Assembly: GCA_010093745.1 (NCBI GenBank)
Contig: MU006020.1
Coordinates: 1-64,000 of the forward strand
Length of the DNA: 64,000 nt
Source of the DNA: Piedraia hortae CBS 480.64
Taxonomy: Eukaryota
Direction of reading: 5' to 3'
This document shows positions 1 through 11,040 of this stretch, in pieces. The notes under the pieces are model-generated. The model was not told the DNA's origin. It searched no databases and saw only the letters and a list, made by a program, of their open reading frames with translations. Numbering within the stretch: the stretch's first letter is position 1; each line of letters opens with the position of its first letter. The position numbers were made by a program, and so were the translations under genes.

Positions 1-61
1 AAGTCGAGAGCCGAGCGACGGTTACTAATAATGCGCGTAATATACCGCATATTCACAACAG

Positions 62-179
62 AGTTGAAGGATGTGTCACGTGATGACCATGTACAACGTC
101 CTTTATTATGCAGCACATATAACTATACTATTATTCATGTCTTAGTGTACTCACACTATCAGCTCGTCCCCTTTAACTG
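62..179 (+). repeat. Dispersed repeat, second copy at 37223-37293
   Basis: Blocks atgtgtcacgtgatgacc and tcttagtgtactcacactatca...ccctttaactg occur at both loci; the copy at 37.2 kb lacks the internal AT-rich stretch. Confidence 0.75.
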
Positions 180-199
180 AAAGCGCCCAGCAAATGTGG

Positions 200-1356
200 G
201 CTGAGGACTGAGGACCGTGAGTTGGCGATTGAGCCACCCCTGTCGGGAGGCTGGAGAAGGTACATTCCCACCATCCACGATGCGTATCTCTTTTACCCGA
301 ATAAAAGAGGCGGGTTGAGTGGTTGCCAAAAGGGACAAACAGCAGCATTCTGGTGCTGCAGAGTGGCAGGTATCGCGATTGTCGAGCACAGCACAGCTTT
401 TGCAGATAGCGGCCCTGCTGCGTGGTGACCTGGATTCAACACTCGTCGCTAAAGGATCGGCCCCAAACACAGGTTATTTCTGGAGAGAGCAGACCTAGCT
501 GGGCCCAGCGACCCAACGAGAAGAGGGCTTTAACTCGGAAAAAGGTAGCAGGGAGAGCTGCCCATGAGAATGTTGGTCCAATTCCCATCGCCGTCGATGA
601 TATGTGACATATACAGACCAAGCTTCGTTGCGGGAAGTATGGCCCGCTGACTTCCACCCAGCTGTTCCTTGAGCAGTTGGGGGAAATCCGCGAGCAGCAC
701 GGTGTTACGTACAAGGTCGACAGGAGCGCTGATGGGTGCATTACTCGCGTCTTATGGACCTTCGGCTGATGCCTGGGAATATAGCAGGAGCATCCAGATC
801 TTCTGCTGGTTGACAACACATACAAGACCTGAGCATTCCGCTGCGCTCGACAGCAGTCGTGCATTTGGCACATAGACAAAAATGTTGCTTGTCCTACGAA
901 ATAGAAGTGGATCGGCAACGGCCATAACCTGGAGAGAACACTGAGTTCGGTGTGCGATCAGAACATACCGCAAATTTGGTGTATATTCACCTGGCCGTGT
1001 AGAGAGTACACATGCTGTCCTCAAGCGGCACCTTCGCAATGGTCTTGGCGACTTGTTTATCCTTTATGAAGCGGTCGTCAAAGTGGTGAAAGTCTGCCAG
1101 AATGAGAGCAGAAATCGAAAAAGAAAGCCAATGTAAGATCTCCACCGCTTTATGGCAACGCCATGTCAAGGATTGGCACATCAAATCCCGACCTCAGGTG
1201 CAAGACTTTGTGGAACTACGGACACGAATTGCCTATTACTTTTCAGCACTATGCCAAACGAATGCAGAGATCGTCAAGAATCAAGGCCTTAAGCATCCTC
1301 GCAGCCTTCTGGCCCCACACTCAGCCCAGCGACGAGAAATATTCGGAGGACTCTGA
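200..1356 (+). mobile_element. Degenerate Mutator-like (MULE) transposase
   Basis: Across stops and frameshifts: GPLTSTQLFLEQL...ITRVLWTF..HPDLLLVDNTYKT (DxTYxTN-type motif, ~640-830) and RVESTHAVLKRHLRNGLGDL (~996-1055). Confidence 0.75.
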
Positions 1357-1480
1357 AGAGAATCTACCGGTACGTCGAGACGTCGATATCACCATGGATG
1401 AGAAGACGCCCAGTTACGAGGTGGCAGTGGACGAAGGATGAACCTTCTCGGGCCGCCCCCAACGTCTCCCTGCTTTCCTT

Positions 1481-2056
1481 ATGCATATCAGGTTGAAGGA
1501 GATGCTTGATAGCGACTTGCAGGACCACACTATCAATTGTGCTTACGCTGCGAGCCAGTTGCGCGGTAAGGCACAGGAGTGCTTCCTCCGCACTGCTCCT
1601 ATCCGTCCAGTACTCCTGCAGAAATGGAGTGCCCTCGAGGGCGCTCTTTCTGAGGTATTCGGAGAGTCCGATGAAGTTCGGCAAGCCCAGGCGCAGCTCC
1701 GCGCCGCTCGCTTGCGCCATCGGACCACTGCCCCGGATCGCATTTTCGAACTAGACTCTCTTGCTGATCAGTTGAATTGGTCCTTCCAAACTCGCCACGC
1801 CTTTTTCTATCAGGCACTAAAGCCGGCCATCCGGTTGGCACTCATTCACTCCAACACCTCAACCTACGAAGCGCTCAAGGATAATGCCAAGCGCATTGAA
1901 GCGTTGCAGGAACTAGCCAAGGAAGCCACAGGCAGCACACTATCCTCCCGCAGCAACCGCCGCCACCGTAGGTGCAAAGGCTGCCAACAGAAATGCGGAA
2001 GATGCCATCGCCCGGAACACAAGGCAAAGAACTGTTGCGCCTGTTACGCCAGGTGA
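1481..2056 (+). mobile_element. Ty3/Gypsy-type gag remnant with CCHC zinc knuckle
   Basis: Capsid-like YAASQLRGKAQ..WSALEGALSEVFG..FFYQALKPAIRLAL, and CGRCHRPEHKAKNC (C-x2-C-x4-H-x4-C); upstream in-frame ATG at 1394 is cut by TGA at 1439; no pol follows. Confidence 0.75.
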
Positions 2057-2128
2057 GGACTTCGAGGCAGTAAACATGCAGACGGAGACGCTCCTGAGGC
2101 ATGAACTCAACTCAACCAACAGGAATAG

Positions 2129-2336
2129 GTGTCTCTAGAGCATACCCGCCAGGGTGAATATCATCCAGCCTGGCGAGCCGATAGGATAGCATTGCTGGTG
2201 GTATACATGCCAACCTTCCGCCATTCACTCAGCTCCTTCGTCCATGTTTGGAACCACCATACGAACAGACACCAGCCAAATCGCCCCTATCTGGTCACAG
2301 GCGTTCGCCAAGTGCCTTACAACTACCCTGAAGCGA
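2129..2336 (+). mobile_element. C-terminal fragment of eukaryotic integrase-core (DDE) element
   Basis: DRIALLVVYMP..FVHVWNHHTNRHQPNRP; aligns with DMIAFLAIYVP..FVFQWNNHRIRKQ at ~50.93-51.03 kb. Confidence 0.65.
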
Positions 2337-2362
2337 CGAGGGGACACCATCCGGGAAGGTCG

Positions 2363-2521
2363 GGTGGTGAGGTACAGAAGTACAAAGCCAGGCTCTGCGC
2401 ACGAGGAGATCTTCAGGCGACAGAGGACGGGACACTTCCACGTTTCTGCTCGGAGCCCGGTGCAGTCGATTGCGCAGCAACTCAAACGCGACCTGACATC
2501 GCAAAGGCAGTGTCATTGCTT
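2363..2521 (+). mobile_element. Collapsed Ty1/Copia reverse transcriptase fragments
   Basis: Copia RT signatures GEVQKYKARLCARGDLQ and TRPDIAKAVSLL, with the intervening domain deleted. Confidence 0.75.
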
Positions 2522-3945
2522 CCCCTCCACGTCCCCAACATAGACAACTTCGAATTTATTGAAGAGCATCGCGTTCCCATTTGCAAGCCCTGTCGGATTG
2601 GGATCCAGCCGGCGGGTTTGAAAAATCACATTAACGACAAATACTTCGCAGCGTTGGGTAGTTCATACAAGGCCACCACGCACTTCATGGAAGAAATGCT
2701 ACCAGTGCAGCTCCCGGCGCCCTTGATTGATCCCAGAACGAAAGAGATGGCGTTTCCTCCTACGGAGTGCAAGGAGTTAGACGGTTTGGTGACGGAGCTG
2801 GGTTGGGGATGCAACTACTGCAGCTTTGTATGTGGGGATATCAAGAGCATGAAGAGGCACCATACCATCTCTCGTAGTCCACAAGGATCTCCGATGTTGC
2901 CCGCAGGCCCATTTCCATGGCATCGGGACACTCTTCGAGCGCTTCTTCAAGGGTGGACTTGGATCGAACATCTTCCGAGTCAGGTATGCGGCAGAGATTT
3001 CCAGAGTTTGAGGGGAGATCGGGATCAGCTGCAGTCCATGTCTTGCTTGATTGGCGGATGTAATAAGCTGGTCGATGCCAGGAGATGGTTGTGGTTTTGC
3101 GTGCAGAGCAGCCACATACTCGAGTCTCGCCATGGCTCGAGTTCACGGAATGGCCGCGATACTTCGATGGCCTCCAGCTCCAGACAGCCAAGGTTCGTGG
3201 GGACCGCCTTGACCAGGCGAGTGAGCAGGCGCTCTTCTCCCTTGGACAATCTCTAGACCGCCTCGTCGACGAGTGCCGGTCAGACTTTGAGAGCGGCTGT
3301 ATTGACTCCTTTGGCCGTTGGCTGATCAGTTGGTACTCAGCAGCCCAGCGCCAGTATCGTCGCGAGTTGGCAGTAGAAATGCTGGACGTAACCTGGGACG
3401 CCTTTAAGGGCTGCTGGAAGCGCCTACTCGCCTTTATAGCACGCACCACCGACGCCCAGCGCAGCCCGCTCCAGAGCCGGCTGACGGGGTCGCAGGCAAA
3501 ATGGCTGGAGACGGCCTTGGAGCTCGCAAGAGCAAAGCAGCCGGACGGCAAGGCTCTCGACGATGCTTGCATGGCGCTTGGTATGGACTTGCCTCACCAC
3601 CATCTATACAGCAGCTTGCTCGAGAGCACAGTCCTCGGCTTCCTCGCCGTGGCTGGCATCAACGAAGACGGCATGAAGGTGATGGCGTACAGTCCAACGC
3701 TACCGACCTTCAACAAGATCTCCCAGTTGCTTTTGGTAGCCAAGGCCTTCCGTCCTGGCGATGGCGATCCCCTGAATCGTCTAGACACGATGAGGCGTAG
3801 AATCCTAGTGAGGGAGGCGTTCACCTTGTTTTCCCGGGCAATCACCATGCAACAAAGGCAAAGTACATGCGGACCCAGCTCACGTACGCCGGCTCCATCA
3901 TGTGGTCTGACAGCGGCGACAAGACTTTATGCAATATTACTGTGA
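2522..3945 (+). pseudogene. N-terminal part of a telomere-linked RecQ-helicase-like / DUF3505 (OrsD) gene, frameshifted and truncated
   Basis: HRVPICKPC..LKNH and CNYC..MKRH zinc motifs; SPWLEFTEW, CWKRLLAFIART, VLGFLAVAGI, YSPTL, GSIMWSD typical of this fungal family; no helicase core in window. Confidence 0.6.
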
Positions 3946-4508
3946 CAGGGGAGAAACACCTTACTGGAAGCAAAGCGGGTGGTTAGGGCGAGGGAGCAGT
4001 TCACCGTGGGTGATTGGGGAGAGGAGAAGAATGCCTTTCGGCTTACTGGGAGAAGGCATACCCCGACCCAACTTCACGCAACGAGGTGGATAATTTTAAG
4101 GTAGTTTTGCGGCTGGAGCAAGCTGTCAATAGAGATTGGTAGGAGACTGAACAGTAACAACTCGTGTTCGTGTTTGAGCTTCTACGGGGACAAAGCCCGT
4201 CAATCTGGCCATGCCATATCCCAGTTAGGAAAGATATCCTCGTTGGTGGCAACATTGTTTTGGCCTTCTTCCGTTCTGTATTAGATGCCTTCGGATGGCA
4301 TTCTCTGGCCTTTCAAAGGCTGAGTACATGGGTTGTATTTATGCTGTTTCTAAGTCGTCACCCTTTTTTATTCCCGTCTGTCATTCCGCTTCTTGATGTT
4401 CCCCTCCCAATTCATCACACCCGCACCCTTGTCATGAACGCGTCGCCTCATCCCGAGCGCTCTTCTCCGCAACTCACCAGTCCGTGCAATCCACCCTCAT
4501 AGCTCCAA

Positions 4509-5047
4509 CTACGTCCTAACAACCTTCTGCCCCCCCCTCCTCTCCATCTTCATCTGCCTCTTACTCCGCCCCTCCGCACCCCCGGTCAAATCCCCAAACC
4601 CCTTCCTAACGCCCTTATACGCCGCAAACCCCAAATAAGCCGTATAAACCGGCACAACAACATAGAACCACCACGCCCAGTCCCCAGCCACAATCACCAA
4701 TACCACAACCCCCCACGTCCAGTACAAAACATCCCACATCCATTCCGTAAGGCCCTTGGCTTCGAGATCTGCGCCCGGGTGGGCGACGCCAGTGGGGGTG
4801 TAGCTTGGTCGGCCGGTGCGTTCGAGGAGGAGTTCGATTATGAGAGACGGGAGGGTGAGGGTGATGAATTTGGGGAGGGAGCGGGGAAAGTGGAGAGTGT
4901 GGGTTAGGAAGAAGAGGGTGTAGATTGCTAGGGAGATGAGGTGCGTGCGGTTTAGGGTCGCGGAGTTGCGGGCGGCTTGGGATTTGGCGGCTTTCTGGCG
5001 GGGTCAGTGGGGTTTGAAAGAGTGGGTGGGTGGGTTACCTGGGCCAT
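4509..5047 (-). CDS. SND2: SRP-independent targeting protein 2 / TMEM208 (DUF788); exons 5047-5039 and 4994-4509
   Basis: MAQ|KAAKSQAARN..G.DL.AKGLTEWMWDVLYWTW..SKRQMKMERRGGQK; 44-nt GTAACC..CTGAC..CAG intron. Confidence 0.9.
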
Positions 5048-5075
5048 GACCTTGACTGGTTAGGTGGATGGACGG

Positions 5076-5200
5076 TGATGTGTATGGTGTGATGTGTGAT
5101 GTGATGTGATGTGATGTGATGTGATGTGTGATGTGTGATGTGTGATGTGACGTGTGGATGTGATAAGATGTGATGTGACTCCAATGTGGCGTGTGACGTG
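5076..5200. repeat. (TGTGA/TGATG)n low-complexity tract in the SND2-CDC27 divergent promoter
   Basis: Imperfect pentamer tandem array visible directly. Confidence 0.9.
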
Positions 5201-5324
5201 CGGGGGGCGTCACAACACATAAACAAAGCCATCGCGGGAGCAACCAACGACGCTCAGAGCGAGGACGACGGAGGAGGCCATGGTAGCCCGCGCAAACAGG
5301 AGCTGAAGCGGGACGGGAAATCCA

Positions 5325-7518
5325 ATGGCAACAACGGGCGCCATTGCGGCCTCGCAGCTGCACCAGTTGGTTTACTACCACCTGGACAATGAAATGCTTG
5401 ACACGGCAAACTTCCTGGCCGGCCGCCTCCATGCGCTGGAGCCGCGCAGCCCCGACAGCCTGCATCTGCTGGCCCTCACCTTCCTGCGACTGCAGCGACA
5501 CCGCGCCGCCTACGATTACAGCGTCAAGTACGGAGCCAGCGGCCGCCATCTGGGTTGTGCCTATGTCCATGCGCTCGCCTGTCGGCAGCTTGGAAAAAAC
5601 TTTGAAGGGATCCAGGCGTTGGAAAGATGTAAGGCGAGTTGGTCGGGAAAGATGAATTGGAAAAAACATTCGGATACGTCCAGACGACATCTGCCCGATG
5701 CGCCGGCGGTTTGTACCCTAATGGGGAAGCTGTATCAGGCTCATGGAGATGACCAAAAGGCTGCGGATTGCTTTCTTGAAGCGCACAAGGCTAATCCTTT
5801 TACGTGGGACGCGTTTGAGGGACTCTGCCAGGTTGGAGTGGATCTCACGGTGGAGAATATGTTCAGGCCGGAGAACAATTCCAGTTCTCGTCTGCCGGAG
5901 ATTTACATGGACGAAGTGTCGAGTACGCGCTCCCTTCAACGCCAGTACTCGACGCCGGACCCGTTTATGGCTGGTCATAATGATAATCAGACGGGGAGTT
6001 TTGTGCTGCCAATGGTGAAAGGCGGACAGCCGCAGACAGTGCTTGAAACACCAACTGCACACGGTGGAAGTCACGATGATATTCCAATGGGAGGGGTGGA
6101 AGAGCAAGTCAAACGTACGAGAAATGACCATAATGTAGAGAGTCTGGCAGCCCCGAAACGCACGATATCTGGTCATGTGCCTACAAGTCCAACTGATGGT
6201 GCACCTCGGAGGAGTAACAGAATATTTGGCCAGGCTGCCCCACGGCCCAAGGTTGCCGAGACCAAGGACCGAACTCGACAGCCGGCGGTCAAAGGAAGGT
6301 CAACGGTAGGACGGGTGGTTAGCGGTAATAGGAAGGTGATGCCGCCCGTTCCAGCCGAAAAGGAAAAGGAAAAAGAGAAAGACAAAGAGAAGCGCAGAGA
6401 ACGGCCTACGGTTGCTGCTGCTGCTACTCGGCCTCAAGCGTCGATGCCTGATGTTCAGGCTGAGCAACAGGCCATGGTTTCTTTGCTTGATAACTTCCGT
6501 CAGCTGGCTATTGGCTTCTATGCAGCCTCAAGGTTTGAAACCGATAAGGCAATTGACGCATTTACCTCGCTCTCAACTGCCCAGCGCGATACTCCCTGGG
6601 TTCTGGCACAGCTTGGTAAAGTGTATTACGAAGCTGCCGATAACGAGAATGCCGAAGAGTGTTTTGCTCGACTGCTGAAGATACAGCCGTCCCGCTTAGA
6701 GGACATGGAGGTCTATTCCACCGTCCTCTGGCACTTGAAGAAGGAGGCTACTCTAGTCTACCTCTGCCATCTCCTCCGCGATCACAACTACAATGCCCCA
6801 CAAACGTGGTGCGCCATTGGAAATGCCTTTTCCCTGCAACGAGAACACGATTTTGCCATTAACGCTTTCAAGCGATCCACGCAGTTAGATCCCAAGTTCG
6901 CCTATGGCTGGACGCTCATGGGCCACGAATGCATTGCCAACGAAGAGTACGATGCTGCATTGACCGCATTTAGAAGGAGTCTCGGCGTCGACAAACGCTG
7001 CTACAACGGGTGGTACGGGCTGGGTAAAACATATGAGAAAAAAGGCCAGACGGATAAAGCAGAGCGGCATTATCGTATCGCAGCCAGCATCAACGGCTCC
7101 AACTCGACCTTGCCCATCTGCGTCGGTGCAGTGATGGAGAAGCTAGGCAACAAACAGGCGGCCCTCGCCAGCTACAGCAGAGCCCTGGAAATTGCTCCCC
7201 ACAGTGCTCTGGCCAAGTTCAAAAAGGCGCGCGTAATGATGCAGCTTCACCTTCCGCAAGACGCCCTGGTCATCCTAGAGGGCTTAAAGGACCAGGCTCC
7301 GGACGAGGCAAACGTACACTTCCTGTTGGGCAAGTGCTACAAGCTGCTGGGCATGAAGAGCAATGCCCTGAAAGCGCTGACTAGCGCGCTTAATCTTGAT
7401 ACGAAGGTGAGATGTCCTTGTTGTTCGCAGTCTGAAGCTAACTGTCTAGGCGGCACCCTTTATCCAAGAAGCAATAGAACAGCTCGACAACGACGACAGC
7501 GAAGGCGACTTTGCCTGA
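5325..7518 (+). CDS. CDC27: APC/C subunit Cdc27/Nuc2/BimA (TPR); intron 7407-7449
   Basis: N-terminal LDN..A.FLAGRL TPR; C-terminal TPR array (LEDMEVYSTVLWHL, WCAIGNAFSLQREH, YNGWYGLG); GTGAGA..GCTAAC..TAG intron restores AAPFIQEAIEQL end. Confidence 0.95.
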
Positions 7519-7734
7519 ATAGAACTAGATCAACGACGAGATGACTACTTAATAGAATGTACTATCAGTTTGCTCTCCGACGTCTGAATGTGAGAACTGA
7601 TGTGATAACTGACCAGACATTTGGGACCCCATCCCTGTCACTCCCGGCACGGGCCGTCCCTACTTTGGACACCTCCACAAACTCTATCCAAACGTCAGCC
7701 AAAACCCACCATCCACAACCAAACAGCTCTGAAA

Positions 7735-8481
7735 ATGCCCGCCCCCTCCAAGCGCGTCAAAGGCGTACAAGTCCGCCGGCACTTTCTCATCGGCAACGAA
7801 GCCTTCCCGCTTCCTCACGAAGGCTTCCCCGACCCCGCCCCCGAAGGCCACACCAAAGGCTGGCGGGTGTACGTCCGGCCCCTCCCCAACGGCCCCGACA
7901 TAACCACCTGGCTCAAAAAAGTCCAATTTAAACTCCACCATACCTTTGCCGACGCCAGCCGAACCGTCGAAGCCCCCGGTCCTTTTGAAGTCACCGAAAC
8001 CGGCTACGGCGAATTCGCAATTGAAATCCGACTCTTCTTCGCGACTGAATCCGGAGAAAAAGCCCTATATAGAGAACATTACCTCTGTCTCCAGGCCGCA
8101 ACCGGAACCGGACCGGCGATTTCCGAGCGGATGGAGACTGTGGAATTCAATGAACCAGCGCAGGATTTTTTGAAGAAGCTTACATCTGAAGAGCAGTTTG
8201 ATTGGTTAAAAACAAAAAAGGGGAGGGGGAAGGGGAAGAAGGCTGAGATGGTTTTTGAGGGGCAATGTGAGCCGTCAGCGCAGTTGCCGGATAGGGCCCC
8301 TCCGGGTCCGACGGGGATTGAGTGGTCTACGAGGTTTGAAAGGCAGATACTTGAGGGGTTGAAAAGTTCGGCGAAGAGGCTCGATGAGGCAATTGAGGAG
8401 GAACAGCAGTTTGCGAAGGAGAGGGAGAAGGAGCTGGCGTCGTTGGCGGAAAAGCTTGAGGCGGCTAGGGCGAGAGGTTAA
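7735..8481 (+). CDS. YAF9: YEATS-domain protein Yaf9 (NuA4/SWR1)
   Basis: KRVKGV..GHT.GWRVYVR..WLKKVQFKLHHT..PFEVTETGYGEF..VEFNEP; C-terminal coiled coil. Confidence 0.92.
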   Translation: MPAPSKRVKGVQVRRHFLIGNEAFPLPHEGFPDPAPEGHTKGWRVYVRPLPNGPDITTWLKKVQFKLHHTFADASRTVEAPGPFEVTETGYGEFAIEIRLFFATESGEKALYREHYLCLQAATGTGPAISERMETVEFNEPAQDFLKKLTSEEQFDWLKTKKGRGKGKKAEMVFEGQCEPSAQLPDRAPPGPTGIEWSTRFERQILEGLKSSAKRLDEAIEEEQQFAKEREKELASLAEKLEAARARG

Positions 8482-9545
8482 GGTGAGTGGTGTTGGAGTG
8501 TTGGGGTGGCTGAGATGAGGTGTTTGTGTTCGGTCTGTCAATGTGGTTCGTTGATGTGAGCCCTTGGGGAGAAAAGAGAGCTCTGAGCCGTTTGGTGTTT
8601 GTGATATTGGGTCAAGGGCACTGACTGATTGATGTTTAGGGTCATGATGATACGATATGAAGATTTGCCTTTGCGGACATTCTGGCTGTAATGCTGTACG
8701 ATAACGAAGGCGTTAGACTACTTGTAATGCCGAAACGAGGTGGAAGATGGGTTCGGGCGAGTGGTCACTGATCAAGCACGCCGTGCTACTTGCGCTATCA
8801 TATACTGGCTATGCTGACAGCCTATCCGACCCGGACTTTGTCAAATCAGTCTGGGTGCATGGCCTGTTGAATCTCCCAGAATGCGTGGACGGCAGAGTTG
8901 GCATTCACTACCACGATGACCCCAAATGAAACACGCCCCTCTGCATACAGTCCTTCTATCGGGACAGATGGGTTTGTAAACATGTACGATAGCAGAAGCG
9001 CTAGACTATCACCCGCAGCCAACTGGCGGATCAGCTCATCATATCGAGGATATGTTCAAATGGGCAAAAACCCTTCAATCCATGTGCGCTGTGCGCATTG
9101 CTACAGGCAGTTCTTATCCGTTCCTTGGTGAAACAGCACCTCTTTCGCCAACCGCTGTGAAACGTTCAGCATGCCATGACCAGTCTCGTTCGAACTATAA
9201 TTCTCAATTTCCACGACCACCTGATTGAGATGGGACTAAATGAGGGGAAAAACTTCCACTCTCGAAACTGGACGCTGTCATAGGCCGACTATGCGCTGAG
9301 CTACGGTTCATAGGTACCGCTGTGCAGATACCAAGTGTGAAGACAGTGAAATGATCAGCTCCGTGCGAACATCTCTGTGCTGTGCTCAGGCAGGCGAACG
9401 CTTTCCTCACAACACTCATCCTGCAAGCCGTTGATACCTCCAGCGGTTTACACTTGGCTCCTCTCTTCCTGGATCCCACCCACCGCTACGTAGAGTGGAA
9501 AGCGAGTGACACGAGACACTTCTTTCGATTCTACAGACGCTTCAG

Positions 9546-10220
9546 TGTTGGAGTCAAGCATCGCCGCTAGCGCATATGCGGGACACTTGCACAGCAAGTC
9601 AGCTATACCCCTACACTACCGGCCGCACCCTAGGGTTTTCCCTCACAGAGGTTTTCCACCAGAGCCATGTCAGATGTTACATGGCGAATGCGCCCTGCTA
9701 GTGTAAGACGTGATGTCACCGGCCCACCGGTGCAAAATTTTTATTCTGAACTTCCCCTCATTTGAGAGAGATAGTCACTCACACTGTTATATTGACACTG
9801 GTGTTGACTCATATTGTCGGAGGGGTGAACCTCCGAAGACTAGAGTGGAGTGAATATCAACGACAAAAGTTTTCACCCAACTTTTACTGAAAAATGTGAA
9901 ATGTAAATGTCTATCTCCATGAGGTGAGGTTCGAAACCTCCCCCACACTACCTCAGTCTAACCGCATTTGCCAGGATAACGTCAGCGAACCATGCCCTTA
10001 AGCATGAACGAGACAATGACCCGTCTCAGGGAAAACTTCCTCTATAGAGGTAAAAGAAACCCTGAGAAGTTTCGACTTCTATCTATAGTTCTGGTCATGG
10101 TGGGTGCCACATCCTTCTGACACAGCCATCTGCATCTGTCCTGTCCCTGTTGTCAATTTTCGTCTATCGCTTAGTCCTCTTAGTTCGGACCGCTGCGCAC
10201 CCCCATCCATGAGAGTCCTA
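9546..10220 (+). mobile_element. LTR family A copy interrupted by ~310-bp insert (~9815-10126)
   Basis: Begins TGTTGGA; 9546-9813 and 10127-10219 align colinearly with 37531-37905 and 55824-56185. Confidence 0.75.
9906..9977 (+). repeat. Dispersed repeat E, second copy ~38344-38416
   Basis: atgtctatctc..tgaggttc.aaacc..ccacactacctcagtctaaccgcatt.gccagga shared. Confidence 0.8.
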
Positions 10221-10425
10221 TCAAGATGTAAAGTCTGGGCGAAAAGATGTGTGAAACTGTATGTCTGTGACTACGTGCAAAGAGGGGACGCTGAGAACAT
10301 GCCCCGCAGACCCACAGTGGGCCGGACCGCACTCGCCGAGACTACGCAATGATGTGACCTAGTTGCAGGGAAAACTCCTCTGCAAGGTAGAAAACCCTGC
10401 GAAGTCTCAGGCACCTTATATAGAC
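10027..10425 (+). repeat. Repeat B cores (cagggaaaact..gaggtaaaa..ccctgagaag) at ~10027-10090 and ~10366-10425; also 54932-54990 and, reversed, ~16718-16750
   Basis: Motif recurs at four loci and resembles the reverse complement of the core of LTR family A. Confidence 0.6.
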
Positions 10426-10751
10426 CTAGGACTCACCGTGCTACCTATCGCTACATTCATCACAGAGTTCAGATGAGGAGCGTACATCCACTGACCACGC
10501 GTCGTGAAGTTGCCGCGTATGCAGTTTTTACTTCGTGCCAGTTTTCTAGCTTTCCCAACAGCCGCTACGCATATATAATCAAGCGGGGATGATGAAACGA
10601 TCAGCTTCGTGCGGAAAACCGTCAGATAACCATGTTTAAATGAGGGAACACTTTTCCTCAAAACTAACCACGCACACACTGCAATTCCCACATGCCTCCG
10701 CTTCCCCAGATCCTCAACTATCGCTACGCAGGTTGGAACACTAGCTCCATC

Positions 10752-11040
10752 TGTCACCGCCGGTTACAGCTAGTGAATATAGGAATGGGAGGTGGTACGA
10801 AAGACAATGCTCTTGTTGCTACTGTTCTGATAATCAGCGGCACCTCACAGGTGTGTCCGTATGTACGCGTATCTAGAGCTACACATGAAATTTCCGAGTA
10901 CTCCAACCCTGGTCAGGGATGTGGGTCATCACCTGCGGATCGCTCCGTGGCAACCTGCCCAACAGCTACCTTGCTATCAAGACTCTAGAGGAGGTGAGGT
11001 TGCTGGTCACCCTAGCCCTTTCTCCCGAGCAACATCAACA
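10752..11040 (+). mobile_element. LTR-like repeat family C, long variant (TG...CA ends)
   Basis: TGTCAC start, TCAACA end; ends match 35135-35206, 37966-38111 and 53599-53731; internal part matches ~29810-29910. Confidence 0.6.

Noticed and set aside
7407..7544. Arg-rich C-terminus of Cdc27 in the ORF track
   Set aside because: Read-through of intron 7407-7449
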